A stretch of DNA of 64,000 nucleotides from Candidatus Aenigmatarchaeota archaeon (GTDB taxonomy: Archaea; Aenigmatarchaeota; Aenigmatarchaeia; CG10238-14; SCSR01), in assembly GCA_016187385.1 (NCBI GenBank), contig JACPJU010000001.1:337144-401143 (forward strand), read 5' to 3'. The notes below the pieces were generated by a model. The model was given only the letters and a program-made list of their open reading frames with translations, searched no databases and was not told the origin of the DNA. A program made the position numbers and the translations under genes. This document shows, in pieces, positions 47,235-57,578 of the stretch (positions within the stretch are counted from its first letter, which is position 1; each line of letters starts with the position of its first letter).

Positions 47235-49689
47235 TTATACCACCTCTTTGAACCTTAGACGGGTCCATACCGTCGTCTCCCGGCAAGAATTGCACAATTC
47301 TATTAGCACTATCCCTAACAGTTCCGTCATACTCAACCTTCAAATCTTGCAAAGCTCCAACCAATCTACGTTCCATATATCCTGAATGCCTTGTCTTCAG
47401 CGATTTGTCCATCAGCGATTCCCTGCTGTTTATTGCATCAAAGAAAAATTCAAATGGTGTTATCCCATCCTTGAATCCTCTGCTAACAAACCCTGTAGCC
47501 TCCAAGCTGATTGTTCCTGGCTTGAAATGCGGAAATGTTCTTTGGTAGTATCCCTTCTCAATCCTTTCACCCATAACCATTTCCTGCCCGACCATAGCTG
47601 CCGTCTGTACAATATTCACAAGAGAACCTCTTGCACCGCTCTTCACCATATCAAGAGTGAAGTTATCTTTGATTTCCTTCTCAAGAACCTTCTGCGTTTC
47701 ATTCAAGCCGTTTCTCAGAATAGTCTTTACTGTGTGGTCTAGACTTTCCTTCGGCGTCCTGCCAACAAGAACTTTCAATTCACCCTTTTCAAACTGTTCA
47801 TTTGTATCATCAACTTCTTTTCTTATCTTCTCGATTATTTCCTTGATATCCCTTCTGGCTTTGTCAGTCAAGTCTTGGTCAGATATGCTTACGGAAAATC
47901 CTGCAGTAGTCAAAACTGCAATTGCAAGTCTTGTCACATTATAAATGAATTTCTTGGCGAATTCGGACCCATAAAATTTTTCAACCTTGTCCAGCAACTT
48001 GCCAGTTTCTGAACCAACAGAAGCTTTGTCAATCACACCCTTCACCAGTTTCCCACGTTCGATAACAACCAGTTCTCCCGAATTTGATTTGAATTCCATT
48101 GACAGATCTTTGGGCAGGAACAGGCTGAAAATTTCTTTTCCGGTCAGACTTTCCTTGTCTGGCAATTCTACATCCTTGTCAACAGACCTGACCAATTGCG
48201 TGAATTCTTTTCTCGAGAATTTCCTTTCGCCTTTTGTCAGCACATATATACCAGTGATATGGTCACGAATAGCGCCGATGATAGGACCTGAGAATCTCGG
48301 GCTTCGGATGTTCTTGGGGACCATCGTTAGATTTTCTATCTCGACCCTAGCCTCTTCTGTCTGGGGAACATGAAGATTCATTTCATCTCCGTCGAAATCA
48401 GCATTATACGGCGTTGTTGTGCTCAAGTTCAGCCTGAATGTCTTGAACGGCATGACCTTGACCCTGTGACCCATCAAACTCATTCTGTGCAAGCTCGGCT
48501 GACGATTGAAAAGAACAATATCATCATTTTTCAAATGCCTTTCAACAATGTACCCCGGGACAATCTCATTCGATATTTCTTCCTTGTTCAATTCGCTGAT
48601 CTTCTTCCTTCTCCCATCAGGCCTTATGACGTAATTGGCACCAGGCCAAATATCGGAACCATTCAGCACGGTCTTTTTGAGTTCTTCCATGTTTTTCTCA
48701 TTTACTCTTGCAGGTATTGTAAGCTCCTTTGCGATTGTTTCAGGCACACCGACGTCGTCTATTTGAATCATAGGATCAGGCGAGATGACTGTTCTTGCTG
48801 AAAAATTAACTCTCTTGCCCGCGAGATTCCCTCTAAATCTCCCTTCCTTTGTTTTCAACCTTTGCGACAGCGTCTTCAATATTCTTCCTGATCTGTGCCT
48901 CGCGGGAGGAACTCCGGACAATTCGTTGTCGAAATAAGTTGATATGTGATATTGAAGCAATTCCCACAGATCTTCAATAATGAAATCCGGTGCGCCCAAG
49001 TCAATATTCTCCTTCAACCTGTCATTAATCCTGACAATGTCAACAAGCTTGTGCGTCAAATCATCCTCGCTTCTCTCGCCTGTTTCCAGAGTGATTGAAG
49101 GCCTGACAGTTACTGGCGGTATAGGCAAAAGCGTGAGAATAAGCCATTCTGGTCTGGTGGACAATCCGACTATTTTCAGATCTTCAATGAGTATTTTCTC
49201 AAATCTTTCCCTGACTTGCACAGCATTCAAAGTGTCGGCTCCCTCAACGAAAGTATAAGGCTTGATAAATTTCAATTTTTTAACTTCTGTGTTGCAGTGC
49301 GGGCATTTCTTTTTCGATAGCGTGACAATCTCTTTGAATCCCAGTCTTTTGCTTTTCACTGCTTCCATGTTTTTCTCTTCAACCAGAATCCTGCTGCATT
49401 TTCTGCAGAATATCTTCAAAAGCGCGAAAATAATTTTCGAATAATGAACATGTATGATGGGTCTTGTCAATTCCAGATAGCCAAAATGTCCGTGGCACTC
49501 TCCAACAGTCCCGCCGCAAGTTCTGCATCTGACACCAGGATCGATAACACCCAGTCTAGGATCCATCAAACCCCCTTCGATAGGATAACCTTCATGATCG
49601 TAAAGCTCCGTCTTTGTAATCTTGGCTGCAGATATGTTCTTTATCATTTCAGACGATACTATGCCGAATTCAATCTTGTCAACTTTCAT
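47197..49689 (-). CDS. rpoA1: DNA-directed RNA polymerase subunit A'
   Basis: 830 aa with the Zn-binding N-terminus (CRTCGGTVGECHGHFG) and the NADFDGDEMNLHVPQ catalytic loop. Confidence 0.9.
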   Translation of the reverse strand: MKVDKIEFGIVSSEMIKNISAAKITKTELYDHEGYPIEGGLMDPRLGVIDPGVRCRTCGGTVGECHGHFGYLELTRPIIHVHYSKIIFALLKIFCRKCSRILVEEKNMEAVKSKRLGFKEIVTLSKKKCPHCNTEVKKLKFIKPYTFVEGADTLNAVQVRERFEKILIEDLKIVGLSTRPEWLILTLLPIPPVTVRPSITLETGERSEDDLTHKLVDIVRINDRLKENIDLGAPDFIIEDLWELLQYHISTYFDNELSGVPPARHRSGRILKTLSQRLKTKEGRFRGNLAGKRVNFSARTVISPDPMIQIDDVGVPETIAKELTIPARVNEKNMEELKKTVLNGSDIWPGANYVIRPDGRRKKISELNKEEISNEIVPGYIVERHLKNDDIVLFNRQPSLHRMSLMGHRVKVMPFKTFRLNLSTTTPYNADFDGDEMNLHVPQTEEARVEIENLTMVPKNIRSPRFSGPIIGAIRDHITGIYVLTKGERKFSRKEFTQLVRSVDKDVELPDKESLTGKEIFSLFLPKDLSMEFKSNSGELVVIERGKLVKGVIDKASVGSETGKLLDKVEKFYGSEFAKKFIYNVTRLAIAVLTTAGFSVSISDQDLTDKARRDIKEIIEKIRKEVDDTNEQFEKGELKVLVGRTPKESLDHTVKTILRNGLNETQKVLEKEIKDNFTLDMVKSGARGSLVNIVQTAAMVGQEMVMGERIEKGYYQRTFPHFKPGTISLEATGFVSRGFKDGITPFEFFFDAINSRESLMDKSLKTRHSGYMERRLVGALQDLKVEYDGTVRDSANRIVQFLPGDDGMDPSKVQRGGINVGEIANRLFKS

Positions 49690-51485
49690 TACTCTTCACC
49701 CAGCACAACCTTCGGATAAATCAACATGCTCTTCAATTCATCCAGCATGAGCTTGAACGCATAGCTCATCTCAACATCAATTATCTTCGACTCGCCGTCA
49801 ATAGGACAGATTTTCTTGTTTTTAATATGGTCTTGAATTGCAACAAGTCCGCATTCAGTGCATATAGGTATTGTTGCTTTGTCGGAATCAAATCTCTCCT
49901 TCAACGCCAGCGAAGCACCGTGTGCAATCAGACAGTCCTTTTCCATCTCGCCAAGTCTCAGACCGCCTTCCTTGCTCCTTCCTTCTGTAGGCTGTTTTGT
50001 CAGCAATGTGACAGGTCCTCTTGATCTCGCATGTATTTTGTTCGAAACAAGATGATCCAATTTCTGATAGAACGCATTCCCGATGAAAATCTGGCTTTCA
50101 TATCTTTTTCCGGTCCTTCCGTCGTACATTATCTCTTTCCCGTCATTCCTAAAACCATTTTTGACAAGCATGTCCCTAATCTCTTTTTCTGGTTTTGACC
50201 TGAAAGCTGTTGCGTTTGTATGCTCTCCTGTCAATGCAGACAGCTTCCCTGCTATAATCTCCAACAACTGGCCCATTGTCATTCTTGATGGAATACCGTG
50301 GGGGTTGAAAATTATGTCGGGAACAACGCCGCTCTCAGTGAACGGCATGTCTTCGGGGGGAACTATCAATGCTATTACACCTTTCTGTCCGTGTCTTGAT
50401 GCGAGCTTGTCTCCGATTTCTGGAATCTTCAAATCCCTCACAACAACTTTAATCAATTTAGTTCCGTCTGTCGTTTCTGTGATAAAAATTCTGTCTGTTA
50501 TTCCCTTGTCGCCGTGTCTCAGCCTTACAGAAGTTTCTCTCATGTTCTCCAATCCTGTGACAAATCTGTCCATTGTCCCCAGGAATCTCAACGGCGATGT
50601 CCTGCCGATAATTACTTTGTCGGAATCCAAATCCGTTTCCGGATTCGCTATCCCGTCTTCTGGAATGTGTTTGTACGCATCCTCTCCAGCATATCCTCTC
50701 ACTCCAGCTTCTGGTACGGCTACTATATCTTCTTGACCACCAAGATACCTTTTCTGTTCCGCTTCGTACGATCTGTACATGTAGGACCATAGCAATCCTT
50801 TCTGTATGGACCCGGCATTGATTATCAGACTGTCTTCCATGTTGTATCCGTCAAGAGTTGCAATAGCAACCACGACATTATTCCCGTTAGGATGCTTGTC
50901 ATACGACACCACTTTATGCGCATGAGTCTGAACCATAGGCATCTGAGGATAAGTCATCACATTGGATTTTGTGTCAACCCGAGAAAGAAAGTTCGTGGCA
51001 AAAATACCAATGGACTGCCCGACCATTTTCGCTCCGTAATTGACCCTGTCCCCCCTGTTGAATTCAGGATATGGTATGAAGTATGCAGACAGTCCCAGGA
51101 TGACAGAAGGATCCAGTTCAAGATGAGTGTGTTCTGGCGTAAGATCTTCTTCTGTAAGAGCGATTAATGTTTCTTCCTCTTCTTCACTGTCCAAATATTC
51201 TATAACACCACTCTTAACCAGATCGCCCCATTTCATCTCCCCTTTCTTCACTTTTTCCACATGTTCCTTCGTCAATCTCGGAACACCATTCTCAACAATA
51301 ATCAAAGGTCTTCTCACTCTACCAGAATCGCTCAATATGCGAACTTCATTCAAATGTTTGTGATAAGCGGCATTGACCTGATACGGGATCTCGCCAGACC
51401 TTCGCTTGTTCTTGATTTCACTGACAAGCTTCTCTGGTTCCTTTGCATCGCCTACGAATTTCCCGTCGAAAAATATAGCAACCAT
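49689..51485 (-). CDS. rpoB1: DNA-directed RNA polymerase subunit B' (C-terminal half of B)
   Basis: 598 aa (GDKLASRHGQKGV..., C-terminal Zn ribbon CTECGLVA...CPIDG). Confidence 0.9.
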   Translation of the reverse strand: MVAIFFDGKFVGDAKEPEKLVSEIKNKRRSGEIPYQVNAAYHKHLNEVRILSDSGRVRRPLIIVENGVPRLTKEHVEKVKKGEMKWGDLVKSGVIEYLDSEEEEETLIALTEEDLTPEHTHLELDPSVILGLSAYFIPYPEFNRGDRVNYGAKMVGQSIGIFATNFLSRVDTKSNVMTYPQMPMVQTHAHKVVSYDKHPNGNNVVVAIATLDGYNMEDSLIINAGSIQKGLLWSYMYRSYEAEQKRYLGGQEDIVAVPEAGVRGYAGEDAYKHIPEDGIANPETDLDSDKVIIGRTSPLRFLGTMDRFVTGLENMRETSVRLRHGDKGITDRIFITETTDGTKLIKVVVRDLKIPEIGDKLASRHGQKGVIALIVPPEDMPFTESGVVPDIIFNPHGIPSRMTMGQLLEIIAGKLSALTGEHTNATAFRSKPEKEIRDMLVKNGFRNDGKEIMYDGRTGKRYESQIFIGNAFYQKLDHLVSNKIHARSRGPVTLLTKQPTEGRSKEGGLRLGEMEKDCLIAHGASLALKERFDSDKATIPICTECGLVAIQDHIKNKKICPIDGESKIIDVEMSYAFKLMLDELKSMLIYPKVVLGEE

Positions 51486-51489
51486 AATC

Positions 51490-52965
51490 TCACCTTTTTA
51501 TCATGTCCAGAACAGGTTTCAATTCCTTTTCCTGGACACCCCTTGTAACTTCGGCCATGATACCGAGATATTTTCTAAGTCCTATTGTAGCACCTTCCGG
51601 AGTTTCTGACGTGCAGAGTTTTCCGAAATGTGTAGGGTGAAGTTCTCTTGCTTCGAAATGCTCTTGCGTGGATGTCAACGGCGACAGAACATTTCTCATG
51701 TGCGAAAGCGTCTTGATGTAGCTACCCCTTTCCAATCTCTGGCTGACACCAGTCCTGCCCCCGACCCACGAGCCTATCGCCAATGCAGACACGAGCTGGT
51801 TGCTCAAGACATTCGATTCAACAATCGACTGCAGCGGCGGGAGCCTTCCTCTTTTCGTCAATTTCTGATAATTATATGTGAGTCTTGTAATCAGTCCCCA
51901 CTTGCCTAAAAGTATAGAGCGCAGCAATATTTCCAAAAGATCCCCGGACAGCCTGAGCCTTTTGTTCGAATAATGGTCCAGATCATCCTCGTCTACTTTT
52001 CCCAAATGAAGCTTGAGAACCTTTTCAATCGCCTTTGCAAGGAACAAAGCTTTCTCAAGTCTGTTCGACGTATCTTGTCCCAGATGCGGCATCAAATAGC
52101 TGTCGGCGATTTTGTTTGCACGGTCGATTCTGTATTCTTTCTGCGGTATCTTCAAGTGCTTCCCGATTTCGTCCAGCGCGTCCTCTTTGTTCACAGCGCT
52201 TGTTTCAAAGAGATTAATGTAAAATTCCTCTTGGACTTCCTCATCAGAGGAAATGGTTGTGACAATGTTCCTGTCGTTTTCAATGCCCAATGCCTTCAAT
52301 AAAATTCCCAGAGGCAATCGCGTGATGTTCGCAAAGCTTATAGTCAGTGTGCCGTCCATCTTCCTTTCTATCAGATGCCTCTGGACATAACCGTCCTTTT
52401 CAGAATGTATCCTAGCTATCTCGGTTATGTTCGTCCCGTCAACTTTGGTTGCGATAATTCGATTCGATGCAATCTCTTCGACCAAAACCAGAATCCTTTC
52501 TGTGCCATTGACAATGAAATACCCTCCAGGATCGTCCGGATCTTCCCCCGCTTCTATCAGCTGTTGCCTTGACATTTGCGCCAAAGGGCAAATCCTCGAC
52601 TTTGTCATTACAGGCATGTCACCAAAATTAACAATGACAGGCTCTCCTTCCTGCTTGTTTATCGTTGGTATGATTTCAACATACATAGGTGCAGAATAAG
52701 TGAGATTTCTCATCCTTGCTTCCGACGGCAAAATACCCCTCACGCTTCCGTCAGCTTCCTTGACAGAGGGTTCGCCGATCTTAAAATCACCAAACTTTAA
52801 TTTTATACTCCCTATGTCAGGGACATCCGGTTTTATCGTTCCGATCTCGCTCAGCACTTTCGGTATTCTACGGGTTATGAAATCGTTGTACGAATCAATT
52901 TGGAAATTTATAAATCCCTTGTCTTCCAAAAAGCTTCCCAATAAATTCTCAAATCCGTTTTTCAT
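51490..52965 (-). CDS. rpoB2: DNA-directed RNA polymerase subunit B'' (N-terminal half of B)
   Basis: 491 aa. The N-terminal B-subunit blocks (DSYNDFI...) indicate a split rpoB. Confidence 0.9.
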   Translation of the reverse strand: MKNGFENLLGSFLEDKGFINFQIDSYNDFITRRIPKVLSEIGTIKPDVPDIGSIKLKFGDFKIGEPSVKEADGSVRGILPSEARMRNLTYSAPMYVEIIPTINKQEGEPVIVNFGDMPVMTKSRICPLAQMSRQQLIEAGEDPDDPGGYFIVNGTERILVLVEEIASNRIIATKVDGTNITEIARIHSEKDGYVQRHLIERKMDGTLTISFANITRLPLGILLKALGIENDRNIVTTISSDEEVQEEFYINLFETSAVNKEDALDEIGKHLKIPQKEYRIDRANKIADSYLMPHLGQDTSNRLEKALFLAKAIEKVLKLHLGKVDEDDLDHYSNKRLRLSGDLLEILLRSILLGKWGLITRLTYNYQKLTKRGRLPPLQSIVESNVLSNQLVSALAIGSWVGGRTGVSQRLERGSYIKTLSHMRNVLSPLTSTQEHFEARELHPTHFGKLCTSETPEGATIGLRKYLGIMAEVTRGVQEKELKPVLDMIKR

Positions 52966-52967
52966 GC

Positions 52968-53207
52968 TTATCCTCTGATCACAACCCTGTAATATACAGA
53001 TTCGCCGACAACAGGCGACTTTCTGACAATCTTTACGACATCCCCGATTTTTCCGCCAAGACTCTCTACAACAGAATCATTCATTTTGATTCTCGGCAAT
53101 TGCCTCAATGCGATTTTATAGCGATTCATGAGTTCTTCTTTCTCGCTGTCATTCAGAATAGTATGTTTGGGTACCAACTCGTTTTTGGTTATGTCTATTT
53201 CTTTCAT
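52968..53207 (-). CDS. rpoH: DNA-directed RNA polymerase subunit H (Rpb5 homologue)
   Basis: 79 aa, in the conserved position upstream of rpoB''. Confidence 0.8.
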   Translation of the reverse strand: MKEIDITKNELVPKHTILNDSEKEELMNRYKIALRQLPRIKMNDSVVESLGGKIGDVVKIVRKSPVVGESVYYRVVIRG

Positions 53208-53347
53208 GTCACCACAAGACTATCGGCCAGAAAAAGATACGAGATACGCTCTCAAGTGTAGAACAGCAATTTCACTCAACAAATCCCCACGAGGCCGATT
53301 TTGAATAAGGTATATAATATTTACAAGCTTTTAAGATTTTCGGTTTT

Positions 53348-53457
53348 GTTAAATTAGCGCCCTGGGCGGGATTTGAACCCGCGTTTTCTGATGAGGTTCA
53401 CTCATTCGCAGCCGTGACAGGGCTTTGCACATTAGTATTGTATGCTAGGCCGCTACA
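53348..53457 (-). tRNA. tRNA-Asp (GTC) with a roughly 21-37 nt non-canonical insert/intron in the 3' half (near position 45/46)
   Basis: Reverse complement: GCTCTGG-TG-GTGT-AGCGGCCTAGC-ATAC ... GCC-CTGTCAC-GGC (anticodon loop with GTC) ... GCGGG-TTCAAAT-CCCGC-CCAGGGC-G. The acceptor, D and T arms fold canonically. The total length is 110 nt, and the extra GAATGAG-TGAAC-CTCATCAG hairpin lies between the anticodon arm and the T arm. Confidence 0.6.
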
Positions 53458-53608
53458 CCACCAGAGCTTGAAGAATAATAAGAAATGCTTGTTTATAAAT
53501 TTGTGAAAAGTATAGTAAAGAAAGCAAACTAAAGAATTTCTAGTCATTATCAGCTATAGTTTTGCTTGTAATACTTTAATCTGGTTTAGATTCTCTTCTT
53601 CCTAAAAC

Positions 53609-54346
53609 ATGTGGGAAATGAACCCCTTCGAAAGTCAGATATGGATAATCCCACAAATTTCAACATTTGTGATGAAAATGGAAAAAGAAATAAAAATAGA
53701 ACCTTCAGAAGAATTAGCCTATTGGACAGGAATTGCACAAAGTGATGGCTGGCTTTATCATGAAAAAAGAAGAGAAAGATCATCGTTTGAAGTGGGTTTA
53801 CGAGTAGGGAGGCGTTCCTTACCTATGATGCTAAAATTTCAACGACTGTCAAAGACCTTGTTCTTGAGAGACGCTAAAATAACCAAAGTGAAATACAGGG
53901 AAGCGTGGGATTTTGCAATAGGCGCTAAAAATTTATTACATTTATTTGAAAAATGGGATATTCGTTTTGGCGATCCGCCTAAACCACCTATTTGGTGTTT
54001 ATATGAACCTAGATTTTTTGGTTCTTATTTGGCAGGAATAATTGATGGCGATGGAGATATTCGAATAAAAAGACCTAAATATCCTCAATGTATAATCAGA
54101 ATACATAGTGGAAGAAAACAAGAAGATTTGTCTAAGGCTATTACAGAACTATTAAGGTGTTCGGTATACATAACTCCCAGAAGACGTATTGTAGAATTTA
54201 AAGGAAGAATTATTAGAGGTCTTTGTTTTGATCTAGAGTTTTGTGTTTCTTCTAAAAGTAGCGAATTCGTAAGAACTTACATTTTACCAAAGATGACTTT
54301 ACAACACAAATCACAGAAACTATCAGAATTTTTATCCAATAATTAA
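53609..54346 (+). CDS. Free-standing LAGLIDADG homing endonuclease
   Basis: The motifs LAYWTGIAQSDGWL and LAGIIDGDGDI are present. The likely true start is the internal Met at about 53672 (MKMEKEIK). Confidence 0.7.
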   Translation: MWEMNPFESQIWIIPQISTFVMKMEKEIKIEPSEELAYWTGIAQSDGWLYHEKRRERSSFEVGLRVGRRSLPMMLKFQRLSKTLFLRDAKITKVKYREAWDFAIGAKNLLHLFEKWDIRFGDPPKPPIWCLYEPRFFGSYLAGIIDGDGDIRIKRPKYPQCIIRIHSGRKQEDLSKAITELLRCSVYITPRRRIVEFKGRIIRGLCFDLEFCVSSKSSEFVRTYILPKMTLQHKSQKLSEFLSNN

Positions 54347-54496
54347 AAATAAATGACGACGCAGTGGAATTCCCGTGGTTTCCCACAGTACAACCCACTA
54401 CGCTGGACCGTTTCACTTCTGTGTTCAAATGGGAACAGGTGGTACCAGTCCGCTTTGGTCGTCAATAAAATTAAGTGTCATCTAATGTTTTTAAAG

Positions 54497-55150
54497 TTAA
54501 TGCTTAAAGAGGCTAATCAGATCGTTAAGCTTCTTCTTTTTGGTTTCTGACTCGAATCCTATAGTATCTCTAAACTTTGTTAAATTTTCTTTACCCCTTA
54601 TAATTAGTCCAAATACATTTCTTTTCAACCCATAACCAATCTTCATTTTCGTTTCAATACCAAATTCTTTTAGTAGTTCTGCTAACTGACCAAGCCCGAC
54701 TTCATTTATGGAATAAATTCTAACTTCTCGATCACCAATCAAAATACTTCCTTCGTCTTCAGCAAATATTCTTAGGAATTCTATCTTAATTTCTCTAGAA
54801 CTTTCTTTAATTCGGACTGGTACTCTCCAATTCTCTGAATAGAACGGACCATATTTTTGCATGTCATCAAAAGCCAACTTCGACCTTACGTAAACATGCT
54901 TTAATATTCTACTAGGATTTTTACCAGATCTTTTAAATTCTTCCTTAGTTTTTAGTCCGTATACTTCTTCAATATCTCTAGAAAACTCATCTAATATTTG
55001 TTGATTTTTAGAGTCGAATTTTAACCAATAATTAGTACCGTAACTAAAAGTAGAACCATCAGCCTTTAATCTAGCGATTAGTCTAGCCTTCGCAGGTGTT
55101 ATCTCGGCTGGTTGATCTCTAATTTTATTAAATCTCATGTACGTTACCAT
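54497..55150 (-). CDS. Free-standing LAGLIDADG homing endonuclease
   Basis: 217 aa with the motifs LIARLKADGS and LRIFAEDEGSI. Confidence 0.7.
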   Translation of the reverse strand: MVTYMRFNKIRDQPAEITPAKARLIARLKADGSTFSYGTNYWLKFDSKNQQILDEFSRDIEEVYGLKTKEEFKRSGKNPSRILKHVYVRSKLAFDDMQKYGPFYSENWRVPVRIKESSREIKIEFLRIFAEDEGSILIGDREVRIYSINEVGLGQLAELLKEFGIETKMKIGYGLKRNVFGLIIRGKENLTKFRDTIGFESETKKKKLNDLISLFKH

Positions 55151-55207
55151 TTTAGTGTCTATATATTATCGTAGAACTAGTATATAAAGCTATCGAAGGT
55201 TCATTTG

Positions 55208-55324
55208 TCCCCGTTGAGAGATTCGAACTCTCGACCTATCGCTTTCTATATGAGCAGTTCCTGGCTGATAAGCACATTTAGTACTCAACTACAGGCGACC
55301 GCTCTACCGCTGAGCTAAACGGGG
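55208..55324 (-). tRNA. tRNA-Tyr (GTA) with a canonical 45-nt intron after position 37
   Basis: Reverse complement: CCCCGTT-TA-GCTC-AGCGGTA-GAGC-G-GTCGC-CTGTAG | intron TTGAGTACTAAATGTGCTTATCAGCCAGGAACTGCTCATATAGAA | A-GCGAT-AGGTC-GAGAG-TTCGAAT-CTCTC-AACGGGG-A. All stems pair. Confidence 0.8.
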
Positions 55325-55361
55325 TTAATAGAATAAGTAAATCGCTAATATAAAAACGTTG

Positions 55362-56819
55362 CTAAACCTTGGCCAAAACTTCCTTGGAAACAATACCTCT
55401 TCTAATCTTGTGCCTGTCCACATAAGTCATCTGAGCCTGCGGCAGGTTGAGAAACCCTTCTATGTCCACAACAGGCACTACCTTGTATGTCAACACCCTC
55501 TCTTCCCTCGGTCTCATCGAATCAATAGCCCATCTCAGTTCTATCCCGCCCGGCAATTTCCTCCCTTTCGGTCTCAGCGTGTCAAACTTGTCCAACACCT
55601 TGAGTATCTTCGGTACAACATCGACAACTTCAACATCCTTAATTTCATGGAATGACCTGTTTTTGACTTCAACCAAAACAATGACTTCCTTTCCCCTCTT
55701 CAGCTCACCCGAATGCCTAACACCCTTTACAACTTTTGGCGTGGCCAACCATTTGTACAGTCCATAAGTGACACCGCTGATTATGCCAATAACAAGCCAG
55801 ATTCTCCATATCGCAAAATTGTAAGTTACAGTGTATTGCTCGCCTGGTGCCAATGATTGTACTTGCCAACTGTAAACCATCCTGCCGTTGCTATCCTCAG
55901 TTTTTCCAGGTTCAATCAAAGGACTGAATAAAGACTGCGCGAATTTTGGTACAGATTCCGTTACAGTAAATGCAGGCAGTGCAACATTTCCTTCGTTCTT
56001 GGTTTTGATTGTTGTCGTCGTAACAGCCACGCTGTATACAGTCGACCTTTCAACATATTCTGTCGGCGGTTGCGTTACCGTGTTGACATTGAAATTGATC
56101 GATTTCGCATACTTGAGATTGTTCGACAAGTCCACCAACTGCGTTTCTATCACATAAGGTCCGGGCGAAGCGTAATTGTCCAGCTGGAAGCTTTTTTCAA
56201 CAGAAAATTCAGATTTTGCACCTATCGAATCTATGGACTCGTGGAAACTTTTTACAGTATCCCTGCCTTTCAGCACGTTTATTTTAAGGAAATACTTTGC
56301 GGAAGTTGTTTCTTCCAGATTTACTAATTTCACCTTGAACTCGACATTCTCGCTTGGATTGAACGCATATTTCTCCAGTGCAACATCGCGGATATAAACA
56401 GGAGACTTTCTCTGTATGGTCAATATCACATTCTCTGTGTTGGAGATTGACGAATCTGTAGTTGACTTTGCCGTCACAGAAAACACAGGGGATATGATAT
56501 CAGAGTCGATAGCCACTGTGAAGTACAATTTTATTGTCTTTTCCGAATTGGGCTCGATAGTCACCAGAAAACTTTCCATGCTGGGGCTCACCTTTTCAAA
56601 TTGCGAAGGGAATAACGACAGTGAAAACGTGTCTGCTACGGATTGCTTGTTTTTAATAGTTATATCCACACTCTGCGTCTCACCCGAAGTCGCAACCAAG
56701 CTACTCGGAGAAATTGTAACATCAACGCTCTGTGCGACCACGCCAGTGGCAATAAGCACCAACACTATAAAACTGGTTATAAAGAGGCGTTTCATACGAT
56801 TCACTATATAGTATTTCAT
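55362..56819 (-). CDS. Cell-surface / secreted protein with an N-terminal signal-anchor and a C-terminal TM segment
   Basis: 485 aa. An N-terminal hydrophobic segment is followed by a Ser/Thr/Val-rich beta-rich ectodomain and a C-terminal TM (IWLVIGIISGVTYGLY) with a basic tail. This is S-layer/adhesin-like. Confidence 0.5.
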   Translation of the reverse strand: MKYYIVNRMKRLFITSFIVLVLIATGVVAQSVDVTISPSSLVATSGETQSVDITIKNKQSVADTFSLSLFPSQFEKVSPSMESFLVTIEPNSEKTIKLYFTVAIDSDIISPVFSVTAKSTTDSSISNTENVILTIQRKSPVYIRDVALEKYAFNPSENVEFKVKLVNLEETTSAKYFLKINVLKGRDTVKSFHESIDSIGAKSEFSVEKSFQLDNYASPGPYVIETQLVDLSNNLKYAKSINFNVNTVTQPPTEYVERSTVYSVAVTTTTIKTKNEGNVALPAFTVTESVPKFAQSLFSPLIEPGKTEDSNGRMVYSWQVQSLAPGEQYTVTYNFAIWRIWLVIGIISGVTYGLYKWLATPKVVKGVRHSGELKRGKEVIVLVEVKNRSFHEIKDVEVVDVVPKILKVLDKFDTLRPKGRKLPGGIELRWAIDSMRPREERVLTYKVVPVVDIEGFLNLPQAQMTYVDRHKIRRGIVSKEVLAKV

Positions 56820-56839
56820 TTAGATGTATTTTAAACTAA

Positions 56840-57472
56840 TCATTTGCCTTTTTTCTTTATTTTGTCTATAATCTGGTTTCCGATGGGTTTAAACCCTTCT
56901 TCCCACTTGACAGCACCATGCTGGAACATGTACGATAATGGATATTTGCTTTTGTAATTGTCCAGCCAGGCCAGATTTTCATATTCCGTTTTCCTTTTGG
57001 TCTCAACCTTGATTGTAGGATAGCCTACTGTCAAAATACCAACAGGTCTTATATCAGGGGGAAGCGATAAAATCTGTTTCACTTTGTCTTCGTCGAAAGC
57101 TCTCACCCAGTTTGTCCCAAGTCCAAGAATCTCAGCAGTTATCATCATGACAGTTATGGCGCTTGCTGTGTCTTGAATCGAATAGAGATACTCGCCTCTT
57201 TCATGATATTTCATGCTGAATTTCCGGAGATCAGCGCAAACAACAATATCAACAGGGGCATTCTTGACGACATCCAGCTTTAACGCCGCTTCATACAATT
57301 TCTTCTTGACATCTTCATTTTTAACGACAACAAATTCCCATGCCTGCAAATCGCCTGCAGACTCTGCTTGGTTGGCCATGTAAAGCATTACGCCGATGAA
57401 CTTGTCGTCTACCTTCTTGTCTTCATATTTCTTGACCGGTTTCCTTGATGTCACGGCATCGAAAAAGTTCAA
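56840..57472 (-). CDS. Nitroreductase family protein
   Basis: 210 aa with the nitroreductase fold signature (RKPVKKY...AESAGDLQAWEFVVV). Confidence 0.7.
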   Translation of the reverse strand: MNFFDAVTSRKPVKKYEDKKVDDKFIGVMLYMANQAESAGDLQAWEFVVVKNEDVKKKLYEAALKLDVVKNAPVDIVVCADLRKFSMKYHERGEYLYSIQDTASAITVMMITAEILGLGTNWVRAFDEDKVKQILSLPPDIRPVGILTVGYPTIKVETKRKTEYENLAWLDNYKSKYPLSYMFQHGAVKWEEGFKPIGNQIIDKIKKKGK

Positions 57473-57578
57473 TTGATCACTTTAATAAATTTGTTCAGTT
57501 AGATGTAAATAGTTTTCAGATGGTAGGATGTTGGTGTAGTCAACGTATTTATATATTAATAATAAACCATCATCAATT

